DNA of 64,000 nucleotides from Candidatus Buchananbacteria bacterium (GTDB lineage Bacteria; Patescibacteriota; Patescibacteriia; 2-01-FULL-39-33): assembly GCA_030650095.1 (NCBI GenBank), contig JAUSEE010000036.1, positions 6,490 to 70,489 on the forward strand, in the 5' to 3' direction. Of this stretch, positions 36,981-45,517 are shown piece after piece (position 1 is the stretch's first letter; each line of letters opens with the position of its first letter). Below the pieces are notes generated by a model that worked only from the letters and a program-made list of their open reading frames with translations, was not told the origin of the DNA and did not search any database. Position numbers and translations under genes: made by a program.

Positions 36981-38234
36981 TTAATTTGTTTTAGCCGAGT
37001 TAATTCCGCCGACATAAAATCTTTTTCTTCTTTGGCGCCGGCTAGCCGCATTGCCAAAGCGGTGAGCTTCATCACGCGCCTTGGTTAATACTCCCCTCTG
37101 TGACTCGGCTAATTCCCTTATGGCGCGACTGGCCTTAGCCGGGAACACCATTCTGTCTCCGGCTAATTTGGATAAGCCGATAATGGGGATGTTGATATTT
37201 ATCTTTTTTAAAATATTATTAATGTAATCAATTTGAGGGCGTCCGCCATCAATCAAAATAAGATTGGGGAAGGGCCATTCCACATGCTTGAATCTTCTGA
37301 TAACCATTTCAGCCAAGGCTCTTAAATCATCGCTGGCCGGCGCCTCTTTGATATTAAACAAACGGTATTGATCTTTGGCCAACTGGCCATCTAAGACAAC
37401 CGACATAGCTCCGACAGTTTCTTTGCCGGTAAAGTGCGATATGTCATAACCCTCAACTCTGTTTTTAAAGGCGGTATCATTAAATTCGTCTTTGGTGATT
37501 AAAGTCACGTCCTGAATATTTTTTAAAACGCTGGCCAGCGGCGGATTTTCTTTTTTTAATTTATTCAATAGTCTTTTCTTTTCACCTTTAAAGAGTAAAA
37601 TTATGTTTTTGATATTTTTGCTGTAATCGTTTTTGGCTATCTTGCCCACGCAAGTTCCCGGGCACAAGCCCACCTGATAATCAAAGCAAGGCTGGCCGGA
37701 ATTGGGAGTACAAGTGCTGTAAGGAAAAATTCGCCTGATAAGCCTTAGGGCGTTTTTAAGCAAAGTCGCGTTTTGATAGGGCCCGAAAACATGGGCCGAG
37801 GAAGTGGGAAATTTTTTAAGTTCCCTTTCACGCGCGATAATCGGATAAGCGTAATCCTTTTTGGGAATAACCACAAAAACAAAAGACCGGTGGTCTTTAT
37901 CTTTGACATTATACTTGGGCCAATGTTTTTTAATCAGGTTGGCTTCCAAAATTATGGCTTCCAAAACCGTATCGGTTTTTTGGTGTTTGATGTTCTTGGC
38001 CAAAGAAACCATTTCCGCAATGCGCGGATCAATATCTTGACGGAAATATTGGGCAACGCGCCGGCGCAGGCTGGTAGCACGGCCAATATAAAGAATCTCG
38101 CCCTTTGGGCCGATAAACATGTAAACTCCGGAAGAGAGCGGTAAATTACTTGCCCTATTAAATAAATTTGTCTTCGACAAATTTCCCGCCAAGCGGGTTT
38201 TAATAGGGTGAACTTTTTCTTTTAAGCTTTTCAT
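36981..38234 (-). CDS. uvrC: Excinuclease ABC subunit C homolog (short form lacking the C-terminal HhH domain)
   Basis: N-terminal GIY-YIG (SGVYMFIGPKGEILYIGRATSLRRRVAQYF), the UvrC Cys motif (CFDYQVGLCPGTC), the UvrBC-interaction region and an RNase H-like endonuclease domain. Only 417 aa. Confidence 0.75.
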   Translation of the reverse strand: MKSLKEKVHPIKTRLAGNLSKTNLFNRASNLPLSSGVYMFIGPKGEILYIGRATSLRRRVAQYFRQDIDPRIAEMVSLAKNIKHQKTDTVLEAIILEANLIKKHWPKYNVKDKDHRSFVFVVIPKKDYAYPIIARERELKKFPTSSAHVFGPYQNATLLKNALRLIRRIFPYSTCTPNSGQPCFDYQVGLCPGTCVGKIAKNDYSKNIKNIILLFKGEKKRLLNKLKKENPPLASVLKNIQDVTLITKDEFNDTAFKNRVEGYDISHFTGKETVGAMSVVLDGQLAKDQYRLFNIKEAPASDDLRALAEMVIRRFKHVEWPFPNLILIDGGRPQIDYINNILKKININIPIIGLSKLAGDRMVFPAKASRAIRELAESQRGVLTKARDEAHRFGNAASRRQRRKRFYVGGINSAKTN

Positions 38235-38249
38235 TAGTTCTTCTTACTA

Positions 38250-38278
38250 TTGACAAAAGATGTTAAATGTGATATAAT
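38250..38278 (+). promoter_or_regulatory. Perfect consensus sigma70 promoter TTGACA-N17-TATAAT
   Basis: ttgacaaaagatgttaaatgtgatataat, about 55 nt upstream of the ATG at 38336. Confidence 0.6.
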
Positions 38279-38335
38279 TAAAAGTTGAGTGAAGCACCTT
38301 GTGGTAATTTAACTTAAAAAATGGAGGGAAGAAAA

Positions 38336-38536
38336 ATGTTTCTCTGGGTTATTTTGACCGAACTGCACAGTGGCCTTGTCAGCGAAATGAAAGCGGCTGT
38401 GGACATTATGCAAGAGACCTATCAGGCCCATGGCCGCGGTCTGGCGCCTCGTCCCCTCCGCGGGCTGGTCTTTGCCACCGACTCCCCCATCCCAGAAGAC
38501 TATCACCAGCTTCTGGGAATCCTGCCCTTTAACTAG
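38336..38536 (+). CDS. Small GC-rich gene encoding a 66-aa hypothetical protein
   Basis: Shine-Dalgarno sequence ggaggg. Consensus promoter upstream and an intrinsic terminator downstream. Product MFLWVILTELHSGLVSEMKAAVDIMQETYQAHGRGLAPRPLRGLVFATDSPIPEDYHQLLGILPFN. GC is far above the flanks. Confidence 0.5.
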   Translation: MFLWVILTELHSGLVSEMKAAVDIMQETYQAHGRGLAPRPLRGLVFATDSPIPEDYHQLLGILPFN

Positions 38537-38555
38537 GCAGACAAAGTATTTTTTG

Positions 38556-38590
38556 GCTCTTGTGGATAATACCACAGGAGCCTCTTTTAT
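38556..38590 (+). terminator. Intrinsic terminator (ggctcttgtggataataccacaggagcc plus T-run)
   Basis: 9-bp stem followed by tcttttattt. Confidence 0.6.
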
Positions 38591-38633
38591 TTATTGCAAA
38601 ATTGTTATACTCTAAGGAGATGGAGGACTAATC

Positions 38634-38825
38634 ATGAATATAGCGCACGACTTGTTTTGGTGCCTGGGTTTGGCCCTGATTATAATGGGCATCACCTATA
38701 CCGTCAGATTGTACCGGGAAAGTTTTGAGAATAATTTGTTTAGAATTCCCTGGGATGCAATCGTAGTTTTGACTATAGGAATTATTATGTACATTATCAG
38801 TTTCTTTATCCCTATTATACATTAA
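38634..38825 (+). CDS. Small membrane protein (63 aa)
   Basis: Strong Shine-Dalgarno sequence aaggagatggagg. Two TM helices. Confidence 0.5.
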   Translation: MNIAHDLFWCLGLALIIMGITYTVRLYRESFENNLFRIPWDAIVVLTIGIIMYIISFFIPIIH

Positions 38826-38838
38826 AATAGGGATTTTT

Positions 38839-41451
38839 TTATCTCAAATATTCTTTCAAATATTTTCCGGTAATGCTTTTTTCATTTTTCATTATTTCTT
38901 CCGGCGTGCCCTTGGCTACCACATACCCCCCTTTGTCTCCGCCTTCCGGCCCCAGATCAATCACATAATCGGCAGCATGGATAATGTGCATATTATGTTC
39001 TATAACCGCAATGCTGTTTTGCCTGTCTATTAATTTATTCAAAACCTGAAGCAATAGTTCTATATCGTGATAATGTAGCCCAACCGTCGGCTCATCCAAC
39101 AGATACAAAGTTTTACGTCCCAAAGTATGGGTTAATTCCCGGGCTAATTTTATCCTCTGGGCTTCACCGCCGGAAAGAGTGGTAGCGCTTTGTCCCAGTT
39201 TCAAATAACCCAGTCCCACTTCTTGCAAAACTTTTAATTTATCAGTTATCTGATAATGGCTGTCAAAATAGCCAATGGCTTCATCAATGGTCAAAGCCAG
39301 AACTTCGGCAATATTTTTACCTTTATACTTAACTTGCAGAGTTTCTCGATTGAATCTTTTGCCATGACAAACTTCGCATTCAACCGTAACAGCCGGCAAG
39401 AAATGCATTTCAATAAGATTAGAACCGGCGCCATCACAAGCCTCGCAACGTCCGCCCGGACGATTAAAAGAAAACCTGGATAAGGTATAGCCTTTCTCCC
39501 GCGACTCTGGCAAGAGGGCAAAAAATTCCCTGACAGGAGTAAAAATACCGGTGTAAGTGGCCGGATTGGAACGAGGCGTTCGGCCAATGGGCGATTGATC
39601 AACTATAACCACCCTACTTATATAATCCGTGCCCATAATTTTGGACACATTTTCCAATTCATTTTTTTTAACGCTGCTGGCCAAGCGCGGATTAGCTTTT
39701 ATTTTCTGGACATTGCGGTACAGCACATCATAAAGCAAAGATGATTTGCCACTGCCGGAAACGCCAGTTAGACAGACCATTTTCCTTAATGGAATATCCA
39801 CCTGGATATTTTTTAAATTATTAGCTCGGGCGCCGATTATTTTAATCGCTTCGCTGGTAGAAGTCCGCCTGTTTGAAGCTGTCTCGATAAATCTGTCACC
39901 GCGCAAATAATCCAAAGTCATGGATTTTTGAGAGTTGCCTTTCTTAAGCAGTTCTTTGGTTTCGCCTATGGCTACCACCTCTCCCCCGTGGCTGCCGGCC
40001 AGCGGCCCCAAATCCACTAGAAAATCAGAAGCCCTGATGGTTTTTTCATCATGTTCAACTATAATAACCGAATTGCCTTGGTCTTTTAACGATTTTAAAG
40101 TTTTAATCAATTTGTCGGTGTCTCTTTCATGCAAGCCGATTGTCGGCTCATCCAAAACATACAATGTCTTTGACAGATGCGAGCCGATTTGCGAACCCAG
40201 CCTTATTCTTTGCGCTTCACCGCCCGAAAGAGTTTCAGCTTCCCGGCTAAGCGACAAATAATTCAAGCCGACTTGCAAAAGAAAATCCAAGCGATCGGCA
40301 ATTTCAATTACCACATTCTCGGCGATTTCCTTCTGCCGAGCACTCATCTTACTATGATAGGCCACAAAAAAATCATAAGCTTGTAAAATAGACATGGCGC
40401 TAACCTCGGCTATATTCTTGCCGCCTATTCTAACCGACAAAGACTCGGCTCTCAACCTCTGGCCATGACAAACAGGGCAGGGCTCAACCTCTTTTTCATA
40501 CTGGTTTTGGTATTCGCCCACCTCTTTGCCTTCTTCGTCTAATTTCTTTTTATTTTCCCATAATTCCAATTTGCCCAGACCGTGGCATTTTTCACAAGCG
40601 CCGTGCGGACTGTTGAAAGAAAACAATCTAGGCTCCACTTCCGGAAAAGCAAAGCTGTCATTGGGACAAGTCCAATTAGCAGATAATAAAAATTCTGGGC
40701 TGTCTCCTACCTTGGCAGACAAGTTTTTCTTCTCCCTAAATAAAGCCACAGCCAAACCGCTGGCATAATTGACAGCATTTTCTACCGCTTCCGACAAACG
40801 GCCTTCATCGTTAATCATCACTTTATCAATAATAATATCAATGCTGTGCTTACTGTGCCTGGCCAATTTTATTTTCTCATGCAGAGAATGGAACCGGCCG
40901 TCTATCCTGGCTTCGCCAAAACCTAAACTAAGATAATCATAAAGCAGTTGGTAGTATTCGCCTTTTCTATCTATAACCACCGGGGCTAAAATGGTAACGT
41001 ACTCTTCGTCCAGTTCCTTGGCTCGAGATTTTATGATATCAATCATTTCATCCAAAGCCAGCTTGTCGATTTTATGATCGCATTTTGGGCAATAGACTTC
41101 GCCTAACCTGGCATACAAAACGCGCAAATAATCGTAGATCTCGGTGAGAGTGCCTACAGTAGAACGAGGATTATGCGACAAGGCTTTTTGATCTATGGAA
41201 ATCGACGGCGCCAAGCCGATTATTTCATCAACATCAGCCGGTTTCATCTGGCCCAAAAATTGCCGAGCATAGGGAGACAATGATTCAATATAACGCCTCT
41301 GGCCTTCGGCAAAAATAGTATCAAAAGCCAAGGAAGATTTGCCGCTTCCCGACACACCCGTAAAAACCACCAGCTTATTATGCGGTATTTCCAGACTTAT
41401 ATTTTTTAAATTGTGCACCCGCGCCCCGCGGATGATTATGCTATCTTTCAT
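38839..41451 (-). CDS. uvrA: Excinuclease ABC subunit A
   Basis: [54 protein letters not shown]…. Two ABC ATPase modules with Zn-finger insertions. Confidence 0.9.
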   Translation of the reverse strand: MKDSIIIRGARVHNLKNISLEIPHNKLVVFTGVSGSGKSSLAFDTIFAEGQRRYIESLSPYARQFLGQMKPADVDEIIGLAPSISIDQKALSHNPRSTVGTLTEIYDYLRVLYARLGEVYCPKCDHKIDKLALDEMIDIIKSRAKELDEEYVTILAPVVIDRKGEYYQLLYDYLSLGFGEARIDGRFHSLHEKIKLARHSKHSIDIIIDKVMINDEGRLSEAVENAVNYASGLAVALFREKKNLSAKVGDSPEFLLSANWTCPNDSFAFPEVEPRLFSFNSPHGACEKCHGLGKLELWENKKKLDEEGKEVGEYQNQYEKEVEPCPVCHGQRLRAESLSVRIGGKNIAEVSAMSILQAYDFFVAYHSKMSARQKEIAENVVIEIADRLDFLLQVGLNYLSLSREAETLSGGEAQRIRLGSQIGSHLSKTLYVLDEPTIGLHERDTDKLIKTLKSLKDQGNSVIIVEHDEKTIRASDFLVDLGPLAGSHGGEVVAIGETKELLKKGNSQKSMTLDYLRGDRFIETASNRRTSTSEAIKIIGARANNLKNIQVDIPLRKMVCLTGVSGSGKSSLLYDVLYRNVQKIKANPRLASSVKKNELENVSKIMGTDYISRVVIVDQSPIGRTPRSNPATYTGIFTPVREFFALLPESREKGYTLSRFSFNRPGGRCEACDGAGSNLIEMHFLPAVTVECEVCHGKRFNRETLQVKYKGKNIAEVLALTIDEAIGYFDSHYQITDKLKVLQEVGLGYLKLGQSATTLSGGEAQRIKLARELTHTLGRKTLYLLDEPTVGLHYHDIELLLQVLNKLIDRQNSIAVIEHNMHIIHAADYVIDLGPEGGDKGGYVVAKGTPEEIMKNEKSITGKYLKEYLR

Positions 41452-41454
41452 AGA

Positions 41455-41483
41455 TTGACATTTTATGATAATTGAAGTACGAT
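41455..41483 (+). promoter_or_regulatory. Sigma70-like promoter TTGACA-N17-TACGAT
   Basis: ttgacattttatgataattgaagtacgat, about 100 nt upstream of the ATG at 41587. Confidence 0.4.
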
Positions 41484-41586
41484 TTAACTTAATTTGGAAC
41501 TTTATAACTTAATATTTATATTGCCAAGCGAACAAGTATTGTATCACCAAGTCCACCAACGGTCAACATTAAGGAGGAAACTGACA

Positions 41587-42033
41587 ATGAACTCGAAAAT
41601 ATTCAAAAGGCCTTATTCCAAAGTGGAAATAACCGATCACAGCATCTCCGGTAATATGCTTTTCCGCAAAATAGAATCATGGCTGGAAGCGGAACCATCG
41701 GTGCTGATCTGGGAGACCAGTTACTACGAACCCCCGGCAATGCAGGGATTCGACAGCCAGAAACGGGAGATCGCTGTGCCAAGATACGGCTGGACGATTG
41801 AATTCCAATTTGATCGAGCCAATGCCGCTGCCAAAGACGGATACTATGATGGCGTCGCCATTATCGCCGGAACCATCACGCACAGTCTGGAAATAGCCGG
41901 TGAAAAATCCCGGGAAGCTTACAAATTATCCTGTAGCTCGCGTAACTTTCGGGGAGAAGCGACTTTCACATCAGCCGTTGAACTCTGGAAAACATTCACC
42001 AATTTGGGACTAAGAAAAACCACCACACCCTAA
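41587..42033 (+). CDS. GC-rich (about 50%) gene encoding a 148-aa hypothetical protein
   Basis: Shine-Dalgarno sequence aaggaggaaactgacaATG. Intrinsic terminator (accgcggtaaattatcgcggt plus T-run) at 42034-42060. No recognised motif. The supplied ORF begins at the earlier Met at 41494. Confidence 0.55.
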   Translation: MNSKIFKRPYSKVEITDHSISGNMLFRKIESWLEAEPSVLIWETSYYEPPAMQGFDSQKREIAVPRYGWTIEFQFDRANAAAKDGYYDGVAIIAGTITHSLEIAGEKSREAYKLSCSSRNFRGEATFTSAVELWKTFTNLGLRKTTTP

Positions 42034-42056
42034 CCGCGGTAAATTATCGCGGTTTT

Positions 42057-43895
42057 TTATTTCTCCACCACATCCAGCATGTTTTCAATGTCTTTTATAA
42101 TCGTCTGAGGAGTAATTTTATGTTTCTTATTATAAGCCAACTGTAATTTTCTTCTTCTGGCCACCTCTTCAATCGCCCGTTTCATGGAGCCGGTTTTCTT
42201 ATCGGCATACAAAATAACCTGGCCCAAAACATTTCTGGCCGCCCGCCCCATGGTTTGAATAAGTGCTTCCTCGCTGCGCAAAAATCCTTCCCGGTCGGCA
42301 TCCATAATCGCCACGAGCGTTACTTCCGGCAAATCCAAACCTTCACGCAAAAGATTGACACCCACCAAAATATCAAACTGGCCTTCCCTGAATTCTTTAA
42401 GTATTTCTGTTCGGCGGAATGTTTTAATATCCGAATGAAGATAACTGGCCTTGAAGCCGTTTTTTTGCAAATAAGAATCAAGGTCTTCGGCCATTTTTTT
42501 GGTGAGGGTGTTAACAATCGCTCTTTCGCCTTTTTTCACAACCCTTTTCAACTCCTCGATTAAATCATCCACCTGGCTCTTATTCTTCTGCCTATCATAA
42601 ACCGATCTGATTTCAATGGGCGGATCCACTAAGCCGGTTGGACGGATAACTTGCTCAACTGTCTTTTTGGAATTGCTTATTTCCCATTTGCCCGGCGTAG
42701 CCGAGGTAAAAATAGTCGGGCCGATACGCTGTAAAAATTCATTGAATTTCAGCGGCCGGTTATCCAAAGCGCTGGGCAGGCGCCAGCCGTATTTAATCAG
42801 GTTTTCTTTTCGAGCGTGATCGCCTTCATACATGCCTCTCACCTGCGGCAAGCCGATGTGTGATTCGTCCATAATCAAAGTAAAATCGGGCCGGCCGTTT
42901 TTATCTTTGGGAAAATAAGACAAAAGAGAATCAGGCGCTTCTCCGGCCAGCTTGCCGGTTAGGTGGCGCGAATAATTTTCAATGCCATGGCAGTAGCCCA
43001 AGCTTCTTAACATTTCCATGTCATATTTTGTCCGCCTCTCCAATCTTTCGGCTTCCAAATATAAATTATTCTTTTGAAAATATTTCAATCTGTCTTTTAA
43101 TTCGTTCTTAATGTCTCCGATAGCCCTGGCAATTTCCGGTTTGGTGGAAATAAAATGCTTAGGCGGAAAAATAATTATATCCTGCAAGCCTTCTATAATA
43201 TGCCTGGAAACTTTATCAACGATGCCGATGTCAACAACTTTTTGCTCGGCCAACTCTATCCGATAAATCACATCTTCGGCCGCCGGCCTGATTTCAAAAA
43301 CATCGCCCCGCACCCTGAAAGATCCCCTTTTTAATTCTCCCATCGTCCTGGCAAATTGGATTTTAATCAATTGGGCGATTAAATCCCGCCTCACAATATT
43401 ATGCCCGACTTCCAAATGAAGCGATGACTGGGTATAACTCACCGGCAAACCTAAATTATAAATACAAGAAACAGACGCCACAATAATGACATCGCGCCTG
43501 GTGGCAAGAGCCGCAGTAGCTTGGTGCCTTAAGCGGTCGATTTCTTCGTTGATCATGGCTTCTTTTTCTATATAGGTATCACTGGAGGGCATATAGGCTT
43601 CCGGCTGATAATAATCATAATAAGAAACGAAATAATTAACGCTATTTTTGGGAAAGAAATTTTTATATTCGCGATAAAGCTGAGCCGCCAAAGATTTGTT
43701 AGGCGCCATTACCAAAACAGGCCGATTGAAATTGGCTATAACACTGGCTGAAGTGAAAGTCTTGCCTGATCCAGTTACTCCCAAAAGAGTTTGAAAATCA
43801 TGGCCGCTTTTTAAGCCGCTGATCAATTCTTTTATAGCCTTGGGCTGATCGCCGGCCGGCTTATACTTAGATTTTAACTTGAATATTTTTTCCAT
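42057..43895 (-). CDS. uvrB: Excinuclease ABC subunit B
   Basis: MEKIFKLKSKYKPAGDQPKAIKELISGLKSGHDFQTLLGVTGSGKTF… aligns from residue 1 with UvrB. Helicase motifs are present. The start codon lies 2 nt after the tRNA-Val 3' end. Confidence 0.9.
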   Translation of the reverse strand: MEKIFKLKSKYKPAGDQPKAIKELISGLKSGHDFQTLLGVTGSGKTFTSASVIANFNRPVLVMAPNKSLAAQLYREYKNFFPKNSVNYFVSYYDYYQPEAYMPSSDTYIEKEAMINEEIDRLRHQATAALATRRDVIIVASVSCIYNLGLPVSYTQSSLHLEVGHNIVRRDLIAQLIKIQFARTMGELKRGSFRVRGDVFEIRPAAEDVIYRIELAEQKVVDIGIVDKVSRHIIEGLQDIIIFPPKHFISTKPEIARAIGDIKNELKDRLKYFQKNNLYLEAERLERRTKYDMEMLRSLGYCHGIENYSRHLTGKLAGEAPDSLLSYFPKDKNGRPDFTLIMDESHIGLPQVRGMYEGDHARKENLIKYGWRLPSALDNRPLKFNEFLQRIGPTIFTSATPGKWEISNSKKTVEQVIRPTGLVDPPIEIRSVYDRQKNKSQVDDLIEELKRVVKKGERAIVNTLTKKMAEDLDSYLQKNGFKASYLHSDIKTFRRTEILKEFREGQFDILVGVNLLREGLDLPEVTLVAIMDADREGFLRSEEALIQTMGRAARNVLGQVILYADKKTGSMKRAIEEVARRRKLQLAYNKKHKITPQTIIKDIENMLDVVEK

Positions 43896-43897
43896 AG

Positions 43898-43971
43898 TGG
43901 ATGATACTGGATTCGAACCAGTGACCTTTCGGACGTGAACCGAACGCTCTAACCAACTGAGCTAAACATCC
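43898..43971 (-). tRNA. tRNA-Val (anticodon CAC)
   Basis: Minus strand reads GGATGTTTAGCTCAGTTGGTTAGAGCGTTCGGTTCACGTCCGAAAGGTCACTGGTTCGAATCCAGTATCATCCA. The cloverleaf folds with one T:T mismatch in the acceptor stem. Anticodon loop is TTCACGT. Confidence 0.8.
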
Positions 43972-43989
43972 TTGATGTGCTTAAAAAAC

Positions 43990-44170
43990 AATCCTCTTTT
44001 TATTATCAATACACATCAGACCTTACGGTCTGAACGCTCTATCCTGGGTTGGCGTAAAATCCTGCGCCAGCTCGGATTTTTCGACGCTCAACTGCACCTC
44101 GCTTTAGCTCGGCTTGTTTTGCTTCCAACCCGTCGCTAAAAAGCGACCCAACTGAGCTAAACATCCTTGA
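43990..44170 (-). pseudogene. Degenerate partial duplication of tRNA-Val (5' 20 nt identical, D and anticodon region diverged, about 90-nt insertion, no T-arm)
   Basis: The 23-mer ccaactgagctaaacatccttga is directly repeated at 43953-43975 and 44148-44170. The upstream copy continues as …CGCCAACCCAGGATAGAGCGTTCAGACCGTAAGGTCTGA but cannot form a full cloverleaf. Confidence 0.5.
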
Positions 44171-44180
44171 TTTATATATT

Positions 44181-44216
44181 GTCATCCCGACCAAGCAAAG
44201 CGCGTGGAGGGATCCC
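44181..44216. repeat. Half-copy of the GTCATCCCGA… palindromic repeat abutting the GIY-YIG stop codon
   Basis: gtcatcccgaccaagcaaagcgcgtggagggatccc. Confidence 0.55.
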
Positions 44217-44217
44217 T

Positions 44218-44651
44218 TAAAAATTAAACATTTCATCACTCAAATCCCTCCACGTAGGATTTAAAGTTTTAATTAAATTTTGCTTCTTTTCTCTTCGCCA
44301 TTTTTTGAGTTGTTTCTCCCTAGCCAGTGCTTCACCAATATCCGTATTGTATTCATAAATGAACCCGACCTCGCTCTAAAGAGCGAGGTATCTGGGCGGT
44401 TTCAAATGGAAGGTGTCGGCTCCGCCGACATATTTCTCCTCACACTGCCCTTCATCCCCTGGCTTAAAAGCCAGGGGTATTCGGGCAGCAACATTATAAA
44501 CTAATTTTTTACAATCATATTTTTTAGTAAAACCATCAATCAATTTTTGTTTATGCTCCCAAATCCTCTTTTCTAAATTATTAGTAATACCTATGTACAA
44601 AGTGCCACTCTCACTAGCCATGATGTAAATATAATAATATTTATTATTCAT
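44218..44651 (-). pseudogene. Small GIY-YIG nuclease-family gene interrupted by an in-frame insertion of about 141 bp carrying a TAG stop
   Basis: N-terminal GIY-YIG (YYYIYIMASESGTLYIGITNNLEKRIWEHKQ…GFTKKYDCKKLVY). Then an insert containing the hairpins cccctggcttttaagccagggg and acctcgctctttagagcgaggt and an in-frame TAG. Then the frame resumes with the canonical C-terminus EYNTDIGEALAREKQLKKWRREKKQNLIKTLNPTWRDLSDEMFNF. The supplied ORF (44376-44651) stops inside the insert. Confidence 0.6.
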
Positions 44652-44663
44652 AAATTAGTTTTT

Positions 44664-44745
44664 AAGGGATCCCTCGACTTCGCTCGGGATGACAATAAGT
44701 GTGACTCGGGATGACAATCAATAGAACTCGGGATAGCCTAATTTA
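44664..44745. repeat. Tandem partial copies of the GGGATCCCTCGAC…CTCGGGATGAC repeat
   Basis: gggatccctcgacttcgctcgggatgacaataagtgtgactcgggatgacaatcaatagaactcgggatagcc. Confidence 0.55.
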
Positions 44746-44821
44746 AAAAATCTTCCATGCGCAAAAACGGCCGAGTTTCACGGCTTATAGGGGTATACTA
44801 TAATAAAACATGCCTTTTGGC

Positions 44822-44862
44822 AAATAAAAAAGCGGGCACTTGGTGTACCCGCAAAAATCTAA
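44822..44862 (-). terminator. Intrinsic terminator downstream of the Ubl gene, preceded by the conserved ttttggcaaataaaaaagc motif
   Basis: Minus-strand hairpin gcgggtacaccaagtgcccgc plus ttttttatttgcc. Confidence 0.5.
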
Positions 44863-44891
44863 ATGTTGTTTTTAAAAAGGTGCTGTTTGAA

Positions 44892-45461
44892 TTAAAGTGC
44901 CAAAATTTCAGCGATGGCAGCGAGCTTGCCGGCTTCATCAACTGGGAAAGCGATGCCATTAACCAAAATCGCCAGCAATTCATCCTGATCGGTAGAAAGC
45001 TCTACATCAATTTCGTCTCCGTTGCCGACCAAATCCTGCAAATTGGCGTCCTCTTCGTCAACCGTGACAGAAATTACGCTATCCGGATCAATGCCGACAA
45101 CATCGCGAAGAATGTTGGCAATGGTATCTGGAGTTTCCAAAGCATAATCTTGGCCATTGACCGTGCAAGTAAGCACACCGGAGCCATCATTACCCTTGAT
45201 CTTGGTGATAATCAAAATGACATCTCCATTACAAAGTGGCGTGGTCTTGATGCTGCCGACATAGCCCTTGTCCGGATCAATTTCTGCAACATTGGAAAAC
45301 ATCTTTTTATTCACGCGGACTTCTCGGCCGCCAGTCAATGCAACCCACTCAACTTCTGGCTTAATTTCTTCGGCCTTGACAGCCACATCCATAACCGTGC
45401 CACCATCAGGAACGGTAACGTCAAGAATTGGACCTGGAACAACCATAATCTGCACGTTCAT
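44892..45461 (-). CDS. Ubiquitin-like protein with two ThiS/MoaD-type beta-grasp domains and a C-terminal tail of about 20 aa after a conserved Gly (candidate BilA-like Ubl)
   Basis: Shine-Dalgarno sequence acaggagaagcagaaATG. Domain 2 (LTCTVNGQDYALETPDTIANILRDVVGIDPDSVISVTV…LVGNGDEIDVE…LLAILVNG) fits the ThiS/MoaD/Ub beta-grasp pattern. Domain 1 (VQIMVVPG…TVMDVAV…LCNGDVILIITKIKG) is similar. The tail IAFPVDEAGKLAAIAEILAL follows the putative terminal Gly. Confidence 0.55.
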   Translation of the reverse strand: MNVQIMVVPGPILDVTVPDGGTVMDVAVKAEEIKPEVEWVALTGGREVRVNKKMFSNVAEIDPDKGYVGSIKTTPLCNGDVILIITKIKGNDGSGVLTCTVNGQDYALETPDTIANILRDVVGIDPDSVISVTVDEEDANLQDLVGNGDEIDVELSTDQDELLAILVNGIAFPVDEAGKLAAIAEILAL

Positions 45462-45517
45462 TTCTGCTTCTCCTGTTTGTTTAAAAATGTTCTAAATAGA
45501 AAGTTAAAAATCGGTAG

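Noticed and set aside
44060-44120. tmRNA (ssrA)-like tag region (cgctttagctcgg resembles the GCUUUAGCAGCU tag codons)
   Set aside because: There is no tRNA-like 5'/3' acceptor or T-arm (GGGG… / GGUUCGAAUCC) in the vicinity. The resemblance is short and probably coincidental.
43990-44170. Second intron-containing tRNA upstream of tRNA-Val
   Set aside because: Although the 5' 20 nt and a D/anticodon-like stretch are present, no T-arm or 3' acceptor strand can be found, so no cloverleaf is possible. It is interpreted as a degenerate duplication.
44039-44239. 66-aa minus-strand ORF
   Set aside because: It overlaps the degenerate tRNA-Val duplication and the palindromic repeat half-copy, so it is repeat-derived.
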